Below are positions 18,185 to 26,943 of a DNA stretch of 32,058 nt, one piece after another (the stretch's first letter is position 1; each line of letters starts with the position of its first letter). Source of the DNA: a virus (Duplodnaviria; Caudoviricetes). Under the pieces are notes generated by a model. The model saw only the letters and a program-made list of their open reading frames with translations. It was not told the origin of the DNA and did not search any database. Where the stretch lies: positions 1 to 32,058 of the IMG/VR virus record IMGVR_UViG_3300022895_000020; one strand, given 5' to 3'. The position numbers and the translations under genes are program-made.

Positions 18185-19607
18185 CTATTTCACCGCCTTG
18201 GTCTCCCTCTGTCTGCTTTTGAAACGCCCTTCGGTATTCGTCTGCTTCCTCTGCGGCCTTTATTTTCTCTTTTTCCAGCTGTTTTTCTTCTTCATCAGCA
18301 TTTTCCACAAACGGATGGTTTTTAAGGATCGTCTTATTGGAAACCAGACCTACACTCTTCTCACATATATCAGCAAGTTCAGAATCACTCCTTATTGCGG
18401 ACCGGGTCCAGGTCTGAATGATCTGACCGCATTGAGCACCGAGGTACTTACAAATAGCACGAACCAATCGTCCAAATCCCAATTTGAACTCTGTTTCCAT
18501 AAGACCGGCTTTTAACTCTAAAAGGGAATATAAATATTTCAGTGCTACCCCCGATGCATTACCGAACTTCTGCGGATCCGGATCCACGCCCTGACCTTGC
18601 TCAAATATCGCCTTCCTGGTCATTTCCAGGAATTTCTCCCTAGCCTCAATCGGGATACTGATTGTCAGGGTCTCCACACCTGTTTTATTGCTATCGTCCC
18701 CATCATCATCAAGCTTGATCATCTTATACTTTTTAAGATCGTCAATGAACTCCTTTTTATCTTCGCCGCCATAATTGGTAAGAATAAATATCACTTCCTG
18801 GATATCCTCCAGATCATTCAAAAAGCCGGTGAATACCTTGTCATAGGCATCTACCAGCGGTTTAATGTTCACCAGGTCATTGGTTGATATATTATTGTTG
18901 TTAAAAGAGATAAAGGGAACCTCACCCCAGCCATGATTAAAGATATTTCCTTTTTCAGCAGCTCCATCTTCTGGAAGCCCCGGAAAAACATTGTATTCAG
19001 AAAGACCAGCAGTGGAAATGGCGCTGCTTGTACGGTAATAACTGTAGCATCTTTCATTATCCCAGTATTCCCAGATGGTGATTTCCTTGCCTGATGCAAA
19101 ATCTATATCTTTATAAGTCCTTAACACAGCTATCAACGCTCGATCCAAATCGCTGCAGTAAATGGGAATGATCTGTTCCGAATCTACAACACCATAGCAG
19201 AAGTTTCCACTTTCATCTTTCCAATAATGGATCCAGGCACATTCGTGATTAGAGGCGTTAACACATAGATCCTTACATATCTTTGGGTAAGAATCTCCCA
19301 ATAAATCTGCAATCCGTTTATTCACTTCCTCTTTACCAATATCAAACAGCGGAGGCGCTGCAAACATATAGGCCGCCTTTTGATTTACCAGAAGGCCGTG
19401 AAAGTTACGAGGGATTCGATTATCAGCACTTCGGAGTGGCCCGGAATCCTGTCCCCTTACTCCACGTTTCAATATATCGTTTTCGTTCCTATAATACCGA
19501 TCGGCCTCCTGGCAGCGCTTCACATGCTGCCTGTGCCAGCTGGCCCGGTTCTTAATTAGTTCTTTTACCACTTCAATGTTGGGCTTTTCGTCATTCACTC
19601 TTCTCAC
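18168..19607 (-). CDS. Portal protein, SPP1 family
   Basis: ADNRI..NFH.LLV.QK..Y, HGWG.VPFI.F.NN, LVDAYD, GNASGVALK motifs; true start may be GTG 19598. Confidence 0.95.
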   Translation of the reverse strand: MRRVNDEKPNIEVVKELIKNRASWHRQHVKRCQEADRYYRNENDILKRGVRGQDSGPLRSADNRIPRNFHGLLVNQKAAYMFAAPPLFDIGKEEVNKRIADLLGDSYPKICKDLCVNASNHECAWIHYWKDESGNFCYGVVDSEQIIPIYCSDLDRALIAVLRTYKDIDFASGKEITIWEYWDNERCYSYYRTSSAISTAGLSEYNVFPGLPEDGAAEKGNIFNHGWGEVPFISFNNNNISTNDLVNIKPLVDAYDKVFTGFLNDLEDIQEVIFILTNYGGEDKKEFIDDLKKYKMIKLDDDGDDSNKTGVETLTISIPIEAREKFLEMTRKAIFEQGQGVDPDPQKFGNASGVALKYLYSLLELKAGLMETEFKLGFGRLVRAICKYLGAQCGQIIQTWTRSAIRSDSELADICEKSVGLVSNKTILKNHPFVENADEEEKQLEKEKIKAAEEADEYRRAFQKQTEGDQGGEIDGEEE

Positions 19608-19612
19608 CTGCC

Positions 19613-21013
19613 TTATTTAAAGATTGATATTCCTGATTTCTTACCACAGTTTTCTGCAATTCCCGTTGTGGCATCTGGGGCGTCATCATGCTTATTCTGG
19701 CCTTCTCTCTGGTACCGGTTCATGGCATTATAATATTCCGGCCAGCGGTTTTTCCAATCCTTTGGGTAATAAATGTGCTGCATGACCCATGAGGAATTGG
19801 AGTAGATCCTGGCTTGCTTATTTTTACTTTGATGGAACCATTTGATCGTTGTGTGATTGCTATCATATTTCTCCTGAAGGATCCGTTCTACGTTACGGGC
19901 AAAACTGCGGCCGCCGTTATTTGACTCTATCTTGGAAACGTCCACGCCATCTTCATAAAGCATTTTTGCCGTTGCCGGCTCCGTTACCTCCATAGGCTCT
20001 TTGGTATAAAGAACGTCAAGGACGTAAGCCTCATTGGCAAAGGTAACTCCATAATCGATACTGCAAAGATAATCTTCGCCGGTATCAGCCGTATCGGTGT
20101 AATTCCGGATCTCTTTAAACTCCGGTAACTCTCCACTATAGGTTTTAAAGCTGCTATACAGTTTTCCTTTCAGGTCAATCGGTTCCTGCTGGTAGTTAGC
20201 AGATGCAATATCTGCGCCCATGGCTTTTATTTTAGCCTGATAGGATTTGTAAGATAATACCTCTGGGCAAAGCATCTCATGTGTTTCAGGATTCAACAAG
20301 GCCTTCATGCAGATGTGTCGAACCTTAGCGCCTGCCTCCTTGAAATGCTCCAATGCCCGGCCTGCCAAATCGTCGCTGGCCCATCTGGTCATGATGATAA
20401 TAATTTTACCGCCCTCTTCTAGACGGGATAACATAGTATCGGTAAACCAGGACCAGTGCTTTTCCTTGGTTAGCTCATTGTTGGCTTCCTCCGCATTTTT
20501 GATCAAGTCGTCTATGATCAGAAGGGACGCTCCAAAGCCTGTGGCCGTTCCAGTGGGTGAAGTGGCCAGATAGTTATTGTATCCCCCTTCCAAGCTCCAA
20601 AGGTTCATAGCTCCATCACCCTGTTTAATGCATACACCTGGGAATATATCAGTAAACACAACCTTGCCCTGATCTGCCTTTAATTCCTGGATATCATTAC
20701 GGACGTTTTTGGAAAACATAGTGGAAAGCGTTTCATTGTAAGATCCGGTCATAATCTTTTGTGATTGATCATTCCCCAGTACCCACTCCACCAAAAGGCC
20801 TGCTGTTCGACTTTTTCCATGACGAGGTGGTTCATTAACGATCATAACTTCATCGTCTGATTGCATAAAGTCCTGGAAGCCATTACAGAGCTCTATCAGG
20901 TACTTACGGTCCTCTTTGTAGAAGTCCGGCGCTTTCAGATTGCAATAAAAAAAGAACTCACGCCTAGCAAGTTCTATCTTTGCCCCTCTGATTATTGTCT
21001 CTCTATCCACCAT
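19613..21013 (-). CDS. terL: Terminase large subunit
   Basis: Walker A PPRHGKS, Walker B LLIIDD, MTRW, YQQEP, HDDAPDA nuclease motif. Confidence 0.96.
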   Translation of the reverse strand: MVDRETIIRGAKIELARREFFFYCNLKAPDFYKEDRKYLIELCNGFQDFMQSDDEVMIVNEPPRHGKSRTAGLLVEWVLGNDQSQKIMTGSYNETLSTMFSKNVRNDIQELKADQGKVVFTDIFPGVCIKQGDGAMNLWSLEGGYNNYLATSPTGTATGFGASLLIIDDLIKNAEEANNELTKEKHWSWFTDTMLSRLEEGGKIIIIMTRWASDDLAGRALEHFKEAGAKVRHICMKALLNPETHEMLCPEVLSYKSYQAKIKAMGADIASANYQQEPIDLKGKLYSSFKTYSGELPEFKEIRNYTDTADTGEDYLCSIDYGVTFANEAYVLDVLYTKEPMEVTEPATAKMLYEDGVDVSKIESNNGGRSFARNVERILQEKYDSNHTTIKWFHQSKNKQARIYSNSSWVMQHIYYPKDWKNRWPEYYNAMNRYQREGQNKHDDAPDATTGIAENCGKKSGISIFK

Positions 21014-21503
21014 GGATCAGCTTCTTTAATTCGTCTGTAGTTAGGCCCGCATAAGGATTTACGGTCTTGACCTCGCCAGATAATTCCACATTCTGCTTAT
21101 CTCTCCATATATCTGGTTTACGGTTCTTTAACCAGAATATCTGAGCTGTTGTGTCTGGCGGAATATATACTTCTTCGTCAGCATATTCTATATGCTCTTT
21201 TTCACTTTTCCGTTTCCCGTTCTCATATATAACCTCTTTGACCTTAATGGCTTTCTTCACCGTCTTATTAAATCCGGTGGCTTTTTTGAATAAAGCATTT
21301 TCCACCTCAACATCAATTACTTCTTTTCCCCTTTTTAAGGCGTCGGAAATGTCGGGATACTTTTTCTTCCAAGTGTATAACGTATCCCTGTTAATCCCGA
21401 TATTTTTTGCCACTTGCTCATCAGTCAATCCATCTCTCGCCCAGGCTTCCAGCAACAGCAAGCCATCAGGCGTTAACCAATATTCATATTTTCCTTTTGC
21501 CAT
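21003..21503 (-). CDS. terS: Terminase small subunit
   Basis: WARDGLTDEQ.A..IGI...TLY.W, VENAL.K.A.G, PDTTAQIFWLKNR; start re-placed at ATG 21503. Confidence 0.9.
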   Translation of the reverse strand: MAKGKYEYWLTPDGLLLLEAWARDGLTDEQVAKNIGINRDTLYTWKKKYPDISDALKRGKEVIDVEVENALFKKATGFNKTVKKAIKVKEVIYENGKRKSEKEHIEYADEEVYIPPDTTAQIFWLKNRKPDIWRDKQNVELSGEVKTVNPYAGLTTDELKKLIHGG

Positions 21504-21543
21504 CAGTCTCACCTCACCTTCCAATCTGGCTAATTTTTATATT

Positions 21544-21570
21544 AAAAAAGAGACGGGGTTGGCCGCCTCT
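21544..21570 (-). terminator. Rho-independent terminator between the Cys-rich moron and terS
   Basis: AGAGGCGG stem pairing with CCGTCTCT, followed by a T run. Confidence 0.75.
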
Positions 21571-21581
21571 GAAATCATATA

Positions 21582-22007
21582 TTAATTAAAATCTTTTCTA
21601 ATAAACACCTCAACTCTGCTAGTGTTAATAGCTTCATCAGATAGTCCCAACCGTCTTAAACAATTATAAAACTCATCTCTTCCTTTTGTATTAGCTAAAA
21701 AGATTGAATTATTAATGGCATTTATACACGATTGATCCCATGTGCTGCATGAAGCGACCGCTGAATTTATAATTCCGCTTACAGAATAAATTGTTTCATC
21801 GACACACCGCCTAAAAATAGCCATATCATTTTCAGCTACATCTGGATAACTAAAACCAATGACTATACCATATTCTACATACCTGGTACTAATACAGGGA
21901 TACTCAAATTCTACGCACTCCTCAAAATAACAGGATTTTCTTTTGCATTTAGTTATATACGTCTCTACGGTTTCATATACATGTATCTTTGTTTCAAAGT
22001 ACGCCAT
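21582..22007 (-). CDS. Cys-rich, AT-rich hypothetical protein (moron), 141 aa
   Basis: Start MAYFETK at 22007 after AAAGGGAG; visibly AT-richer than flanks; own terminator. Confidence 0.7.
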   Translation of the reverse strand: MAYFETKIHVYETVETYITKCKRKSCYFEECVEFEYPCISTRYVEYGIVIGFSYPDVAENDMAIFRRCVDETIYSVSGIINSAVASCSTWDQSCINAINNSIFLANTKGRDEFYNCLRRLGLSDEAINTSRVEVFIRKDFN

Positions 22008-22179
22008 GTTACTCCCTTTATATAACCTCTTAATATAACATATACGATTACATCGGAAACGTGTGCCTTCTTCGAGGAGAATACCCATCGACCAAATTTC
22101 GACAGGCGTTTTCAAAAAGGAGAATAAGTATGAAATCAGCTGCCAAGCTGTTACACCTGGCAGCCGTAGGAGAGTTTAT

Positions 22180-22932
22180 TTAAAAATTTTTGATAATAAG
22201 CTCTTTATATTTTCGGCTTTCACTCTTGGTAACAAGATTGTCCGCACGTTCTACCTCAACAAGCGTATACCCCTCATATAGCTCCCTGATCCGGGGACAG
22301 TCATTATATGATAATATAAACTTGCCTTTAATGCCACCAAGGCAATCACACAGTCGCTTGTGATCCTCTGGATTAAAACGATCCGGATAATACTTTTCCG
22401 CTTCATAATAAGGCGGATCCAAATAAAACAAAGCATCAGGACGATCGTAGCTATTAATCAGCTTCTCGAAGTCTTGGTTTTCAATAACTACTTTGTTGAG
22501 TCGGTTAGATACTACTTTTAGATAATCCACTGCTTTCTGCATATCTCTGGCGCTGCTTCTAAAAGTGTGAAGATTAGCTCCAAAGCTTTCCCGGATTATA
22601 CAAAAGTACCGGGCCGCTCTCTGAATGTCTGTCAGGCCACTGGTATTCCTGTTCAGTTCATCAAAGAACTGCTCCCTGGACATAAGTAGCCATTCTAATT
22701 CCTTTTGTAAAGCTTCCGGGTGATGCTTCACAATTCGATATAGATTAATCAACTCACCGTTTGCATCATTGAAAACCTCCATTGCTGCATGTTTATCACA
22801 AGCAAACAACACCCAACCGGCTCCCCCAAATACCTCTATGTATCGTTTAAAGGAATCCGGATCCGGAAACTGCTCCAGGATCTTTTTGCGTAAAAGTTTT
22901 TTACCACCTATCCAACTAATGAAACTATTCAT
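22180..22932 (-). CDS. DNA adenine methyltransferase, D12/Dam family
   Basis: WIGGK, YIEVFGGAGWV (motif I), FND, LTDIQRAAR, FYLDPPY (motif IV), LSYND. Confidence 0.93.
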   Translation of the reverse strand: MNSFISWIGGKKLLRKKILEQFPDPDSFKRYIEVFGGAGWVLFACDKHAAMEVFNDANGELINLYRIVKHHPEALQKELEWLLMSREQFFDELNRNTSGLTDIQRAARYFCIIRESFGANLHTFRSSARDMQKAVDYLKVVSNRLNKVVIENQDFEKLINSYDRPDALFYLDPPYYEAEKYYPDRFNPEDHKRLCDCLGGIKGKFILSYNDCPRIRELYEGYTLVEVERADNLVTKSESRKYKELIIKNF

Positions 22933-22981
22933 GTTACCATCTCCTTTTCAATTGATGATAACAAAATTCCTGTCGGGATTT

Positions 22982-23006
22982 AAAAAGGGCCTCCTCTCGG
23001 AAGCCC
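22982..23006 (-). terminator. Promoter-proximal terminator
   Basis: GGGCTTCC-GAGA-GGAGGCCC followed by TTTTT. Confidence 0.75.
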
Positions 23007-23020
23007 AATACCACGTTATT

Positions 23021-23064
23021 AGTATAACATACCTTTAAAAAAACTTTTCCATCCGTTTTCCATC
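23021..23064 (-). promoter_or_regulatory. Putative late promoter: extended -10 plus tandem direct repeat
   Basis: TGTTATACT at 23029-23021; GATGGAAAA twice at 23064-23056 and 23053-23045; no canonical -35; right after the ArpU-like gene. Confidence 0.65.
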
Positions 23065-23515
23065 ATTTACCACTTTCATCAGTAAACAACTCCTGATGAG
23101 TCTTTTCAAAAGCCAGTAAAGCCTCTCCGTGCTTATTGATTATATATTTATACGAGTACCCCATATCGCAGGCAATCTTTGTAAAGTTCTTCTCGCTGCG
23201 CACATATCTGTGGTACAGAATATCAATACACAAACCGTCCTTAAGGTCATGTATCTGATCTATTAATTCGTGCTTCAATTCCATGTATTCAATAATTTTA
23301 CTTTCAATATCCTCTTCCAGAGACACGATCCGTAGCGCCTGGGATTCTGTTTGCTTGCCAGTGGATCCGGTAAATGAGGTCTGAACCTTCCCGTCTGTTC
23401 CATCTGAGACTATAATAATTCCTCTGTTACTCTTTGCCTCCTTAAGCTCCTGCTTTTTATGCCTGATCTTTTTATTAAGATCGTCCAACTGGCTAAGATA
23501 CTCTTTTACTGTCAA
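23063..23515 (-). CDS. ArpU/RinA (DUF1492)-like late transcriptional regulator
   Basis: KEYLSQ N-terminus, IL..RY....F..IA.DMGYS....I...HG.AL sigma region-4-like HTH; upstream of the packaging genes. Confidence 0.85.
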   Translation of the reverse strand: MTVKEYLSQLDDLNKKIRHKKQELKEAKSNRGIIIVSDGTDGKVQTSFTGSTGKQTESQALRIVSLEEDIESKIIEYMELKHELIDQIHDLKDGLCIDILYHRYVRSEKNFTKIACDMGYSYKYIINKHGEALLAFEKTHQELFTDESGK

Positions 23516-23522
23516 TATACAG

Positions 23523-23984
23523 TCACCTCCCCGCAGCCGATGCTTTCTTCATTGCTCTGGCTTTTTTCTGCCTCAAAAGCTCTATGTATGTCATAGTCAC
23601 TGACCTCTTGGGATCTTCCAAACTGACCAACTCTACGATATAGGGGAACTTCCTCACCACAACAACCTTTTCAGATGCAATCCGTGTCCCCCTGACAAAG
23701 TCCTTGCGGAAACTCTCGTAGACAAATTTGGTCCCGACCTTTAAAGACCTCTTAAATTCTGCCAGATCTAGTGCCGTAATATCCGCATTCACCTGCCGTT
23801 TATCCCCTACATCGTCCTCCTGTATCGCCTTGAACGTATACCGGCCCTTATAGGCTCTTCCTTCACGGGCATAATCCCTTACAAGGTGTACAGATACATG
23901 TAGCATTTCTGCCCATTTCTTTGATGTGTGCACTCCTTGAATCTCCCCGTTGTCATACATTGCATAAAGATATTTCAACTTCAT
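23523..23984 (-). CDS. Hypothetical phage protein, possibly DNA-binding
   Basis: AGAAAGGAG RBS, HTH-like N-terminal segment (WAEMLHVSVHLVRDYA). Confidence 0.7.
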   Translation of the reverse strand: MKLKYLYAMYDNGEIQGVHTSKKWAEMLHVSVHLVRDYAREGRAYKGRYTFKAIQEDDVGDKRQVNADITALDLAEFKRSLKVGTKFVYESFRKDFVRGTRIASEKVVVVRKFPYIVELVSLEDPKRSVTMTYIELLRQKKARAMKKASAAGR

Positions 23985-24171
23985 GATCTGACTCCTTTCT
24001 ATGCTCTGGCGGCTCCCGACGTGCCGGATCCGGGCATAAGCTTGTATATGTATAAGCCGGATGTGTTGCGCTAAATGTATCGGCTTTAGGCCCTTTCAGG
24101 ATATGGCCCTGTTTTGCAGCCCTTGCATGTTCCGTAGAAAGCGTGGTTGCATGTTCATCTTTACTGCTCAA
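23953..24171 (-). CDS. Hypothetical phage protein
   Basis: TTG start after an AAGGAAGGTG RBS; C-terminus overlaps the next gene. Confidence 0.55.
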   Translation of the reverse strand: MSSKDEHATTLSTEHARAAKQGHILKGPKADTFSATHPAYTYTSLCPDPARREPPEHRKESDHEVEISLCNV

Positions 24172-24242
24172 TTTATCACCTTCCTTGTGAAAATATCAGT
24201 TCAACTACTTAAAATCATTTATTATTGGAGCCGTACATTTAA

Positions 24243-24271
24243 TTGCATTTTAAACAGCTTCAATCTATACT
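24243..24271 (+). promoter_or_regulatory. Sigma-A type promoter of the membrane-protein moron
   Basis: TTGCAT-17 nt-TATACT in an AT-rich intergenic region. Confidence 0.7.
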
Positions 24272-24380
24272 ATATATAATACAGCCGTCTTCATTCTCTC
24301 CATGGTTTATCAAAACTTTCTGAAAATATTTGGAAAGAGTTGATACAGATAAACAATAATAGAATAAATCAGGGGGCCAT

Positions 24381-25256
24381 ATGAAAAACATTGTAAAATT
24401 TTTAGTAGTTTACGTAACATATTTAATAGTATTTATTCTTGTGAACGGTATGATGCCATACTCACAGGCGTTCATGGAAGCTAGCGCTCGTACAACGGCG
24501 GGGCCTCTGGATTTACTGTATGTAGCGATTAGCTGCCTGTGGTTTAGCTCTACCATCTGCTATACTGTATCCCATACAAAGTGGAAAGGCGCAAAACTAG
24601 CCCTCGGCGTAATCGCCATGATTAGCCTGGTTCATCCGGTTTTGACTCAGATTGAAACATTGTTCTTTGGGAGTGCGTTTGCCATCATTTCCAAAAGCGA
24701 TATTCTGTTGATTATGCTGGCAAATATTTTACCGCTTTTAGCATCCGTTCCATTGGCAGTTAAAATGTGGAGCAAAGGAAAATCGAACGAATCCGTTTCT
24801 GTTTCCCCTATCGATATGAAGAAGCTCTTGATAAGCATCTCGATGGTCGGGATCGCCTATATGATTATATACTTTGTTTTCGGTTATTTTATCGCGTGGA
24901 AATCTGAAGCCGTGCGGATATTTTACTCCGGCACTTCGCATGACATAGGCTTTTGGGCTAAGCTTAGAGAAAACTGGAGAGAGAATCCGGCCATCTACCC
25001 ATTCCAATTTATGAGAGGAGTCCTGTTTGGGGGAGCCGCTTCGCTACTGCTATTTATGGGTTGGAGTCGTCGGGGAGACTTCATCATTAATATCTGCCTG
25101 ATTTATCTGTGTACAGCTGTTGTACTCATTATTCCAAACTTTCTTTTCCCTGATGCGGTCAGATGGGCGCATTTTATTGAAATGTTTTTGTCTATGCTGC
25201 TTTTCGGAATGATGACAGGATTGATAATGACCCACGACCCTTTAAGGAAATACTAA
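24381..25256 (+). CDS. Multi-pass integral membrane protein (moron, opposite strand)
   Basis: 291 aa with about 8 hydrophobic segments; AGGGGG RBS; own promoter. Confidence 0.85.
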   Translation: MKNIVKFLVVYVTYLIVFILVNGMMPYSQAFMEASARTTAGPLDLLYVAISCLWFSSTICYTVSHTKWKGAKLALGVIAMISLVHPVLTQIETLFFGSAFAIISKSDILLIMLANILPLLASVPLAVKMWSKGKSNESVSVSPIDMKKLLISISMVGIAYMIIYFVFGYFIAWKSEAVRIFYSGTSHDIGFWAKLRENWRENPAIYPFQFMRGVLFGGAASLLLFMGWSRRGDFIINICLIYLCTAVVLIIPNFLFPDAVRWAHFIEMFLSMLLFGMMTGLIMTHDPLRKY

Positions 25257-25257
25257 T

Positions 25258-25743
25258 TTACTTTTTCAAAGATTCCTCATACTCCTCAATGACTTTAAAA
25301 AATTCACTTGCCTTTATTTCCTCAAACTCTGTGGGATTTTTAAAATCACAATCCGCTTCAATGCTTGCATACAAAATATCTTTTATCATAAACAGCCTGC
25401 TCCGTGAACGTCCCCAAACCCTTAATTCAAATCCTAAATTGGGTTTATTCGGTGATTTCAGTCCTAAAACTTGACATTTATCAACCCACGCTTTTGCAAT
25501 GGGAGAATTTTTCTTAAACAGTCCGGGGGCGTCTTTCTTAAAATACTTTCCAAACTTATCCGTGTCACCATCAGACGGACAAATATGTAAGTACTTTGCC
25601 GACTGATAATACTCATGAGTTTCAAAACCCTGCTCTTTTGCAAACTCCACAAACGCAATATTTACCTTTTCCGACATGGCCTTGTAATCCAAGTACTCTT
25701 TATGGATCGAGCTGCTGGGTGTAACTATGTAAAACTTTTCCAT
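25258..25743 (-). CDS. Hypothetical phage protein
   Basis: Start MEKFY at 25743 after GAGGAGG; C-terminal EIKASEFFKVIEE. Confidence 0.75.
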   Translation of the reverse strand: MEKFYIVTPSSSIHKEYLDYKAMSEKVNIAFVEFAKEQGFETHEYYQSAKYLHICPSDGDTDKFGKYFKKDAPGLFKKNSPIAKAWVDKCQVLGLKSPNKPNLGFELRVWGRSRSRLFMIKDILYASIEADCDFKNPTEFEEIKASEFFKVIEEYEESLKK

Positions 25744-25747
25744 TGTG

Positions 25748-25879
25748 TTATTCCTCCTCTTTCCACTCAATTAGTTCGCCACAATCTTGGCAAAAACTCT
25801 GGCCAAGTTCAATCTCATCGTTTCCGCACTTAGGGCATTCATATCCCCAGCCTTTATGATCCATTTTTATATCTGCCAT
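25748..25879 (-). CDS. 43-aa zinc-ribbon protein (not in ORF track)
   Basis: MADIKMDHKGWGYECPKCGNDEIELGQSFCQDCGELIEWKEEE; two CxxCG motifs; AGGAG RBS; fills the intergenic gap exactly. Confidence 0.8.
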   Translation of the reverse strand: MADIKMDHKGWGYECPKCGNDEIELGQSFCQDCGELIEWKEEE

Positions 25880-25888
25880 CTTGATCTC

Positions 25889-26110
25889 CTATTCTTTCGG
25901 CATCTGGAACTCATCTGTTCCATTCGATTTGCATGAATATTTGCATGAATATATCTCCGCCAGGACTTCCGCAGCCCTCTTCATGTTTTCATACCTTCCA
26001 AGTTCCTCACGTTTTCTACGGTCTGAGTCAGGCGTGCATTTTACAATAGTTCCGAAAAAATGCACCTCATGGGTAAAATGTTCATTGCCCTGCTGATCTA
26101 TAATTTTCAT
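25889..26110 (-). CDS. Hypothetical phage protein
   Basis: LG.YE...RA.EVL.EI...FQMP pattern; tight operon packing. Confidence 0.72.
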   Translation of the reverse strand: MKIIDQQGNEHFTHEVHFFGTIVKCTPDSDRRKREELGRYENMKRAAEVLAEIYSCKYSCKSNGTDEFQMPKE

Positions 26111-26113
26111 GGC

Positions 26114-26338
26114 TTATTTACCTTTCCTCTCTTCACTCCTCCACATTCTCTGTCCAAACTCCGCTATCATTTCAGCAATCACCTGCTCCATGAAAGGATA
26201 CTTCTTCATCAAGACCACTGCCCAGGTGTTCATGCGTTCCCATTCATCTGAATGCCTTTGAAGAATCTTCCCACGGTAATTGAGCCAGAACTTGTTATAC
26301 ACCTCATCAAAGGCTTTCTGTACTTCCTGATCCGTCAT
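26114..26338 (-). CDS. Hypothetical phage protein
   Basis: ATGA overlap with the RusA stop codon. Confidence 0.72.
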   Translation of the reverse strand: MTDQEVQKAFDEVYNKFWLNYRGKILQRHSDEWERMNTWAVVLMKKYPFMEQVIAEMIAEFGQRMWRSEERKGK

Positions 26339-26730
26339 AGACTTTCCACCTTCACGTATATGCCAGGGAGATCAGCCCAGTACTTTTCAATCACTTCTGA
26401 CGCCACCTGTGCATCATCTTTCCAGAAATGCAGCTCCGTCATAACATCCTTAAGAAGCTTTACTAGATTGTCTGTGTCAGGCTTGCTGGTCTTATACTCC
26501 CCGTTCTTATGTTTGCCAGTAACAGGGAAGCACCACCACGTTGTTAACCTCACAGGACCAGTGAACCTTTTTTCCGGTACGTGCTGCCCCAGGTATGCCT
26601 GAAACTTCGCCCTGGCTGCTTTCAGTTCTTCCGGTTCATAAAAGATCGGTTTCCCATTTACCACATGAACTTGCTTCTCCTGGTGAGTCACGGTGGGAAC
26701 CTTTTTCATAGGCATGAAAAAATCAATCAC
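26335..26730 (-). CDS. rusA: RusA-family Holliday junction resolvase
   Basis: KPDTDNL.K.L.D.M....FW.DDAQV catalytic motif; start re-placed near GTG 26730 (GAAGGAG RBS). Confidence 0.9.
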   Translation of the reverse strand: MIDFFMPMKKVPTVTHQEKQVHVVNGKPIFYEPEELKAARAKFQAYLGQHVPEKRFTGPVRLTTWWCFPVTGKHKNGEYKTSKPDTDNLVKLLKDVMTELHFWKDDAQVASEVIEKYWADLPGIYVKVESL

Positions 26731-26881
26731 CAAAACCATCTCCTTCATAATCTTCAAACAGGCAACATGTACGGCAATCATTCTCCGCAACTCCTTGTGG
26801 AGTATCCGCACCTTTGCATAACGGATAGGGATCATCGTTTGCTGTATAACATTCTGGTCTTTCAAATCTATCTTTCCCCAT
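26723..26881 (-). CDS. 52-aa Cys-rich small protein (not in ORF track)
   Basis: MGKDRFERPECYTANDDPYPLCKGADTPQGVAENDCRTCCLFEDYEGDGFGD; GAGAGGT RBS; stop overlaps the RusA start. Confidence 0.7.
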   Translation of the reverse strand: MGKDRFERPECYTANDDPYPLCKGADTPQGVAENDCRTCCLFEDYEGDGFGD

Positions 26882-26943
26882 TTGCTTTACCTCTCTAAAT
26901 TATTAATGTACGAAACTTTTATTGCTTCGGAAATTCGCCTTGC

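Noticed and set aside
943-21589. Many plus-strand ORFs of 60-144 aa across the structural module
   Set aside because: They lie antisense to well-supported phage genes and are typical shadow frames
22139-22164. GCTGCCAGG/CTTGGCAGC hairpin after the methyltransferase as a terminator
   Set aside because: The stem is real but there is no convincing U-tract on either strand; function cannot be assigned
26731-26865. N-terminal extension of RusA in the ORF track
   Set aside because: The RBS and an overlapping 52-aa ORF indicate the real start is near 26730
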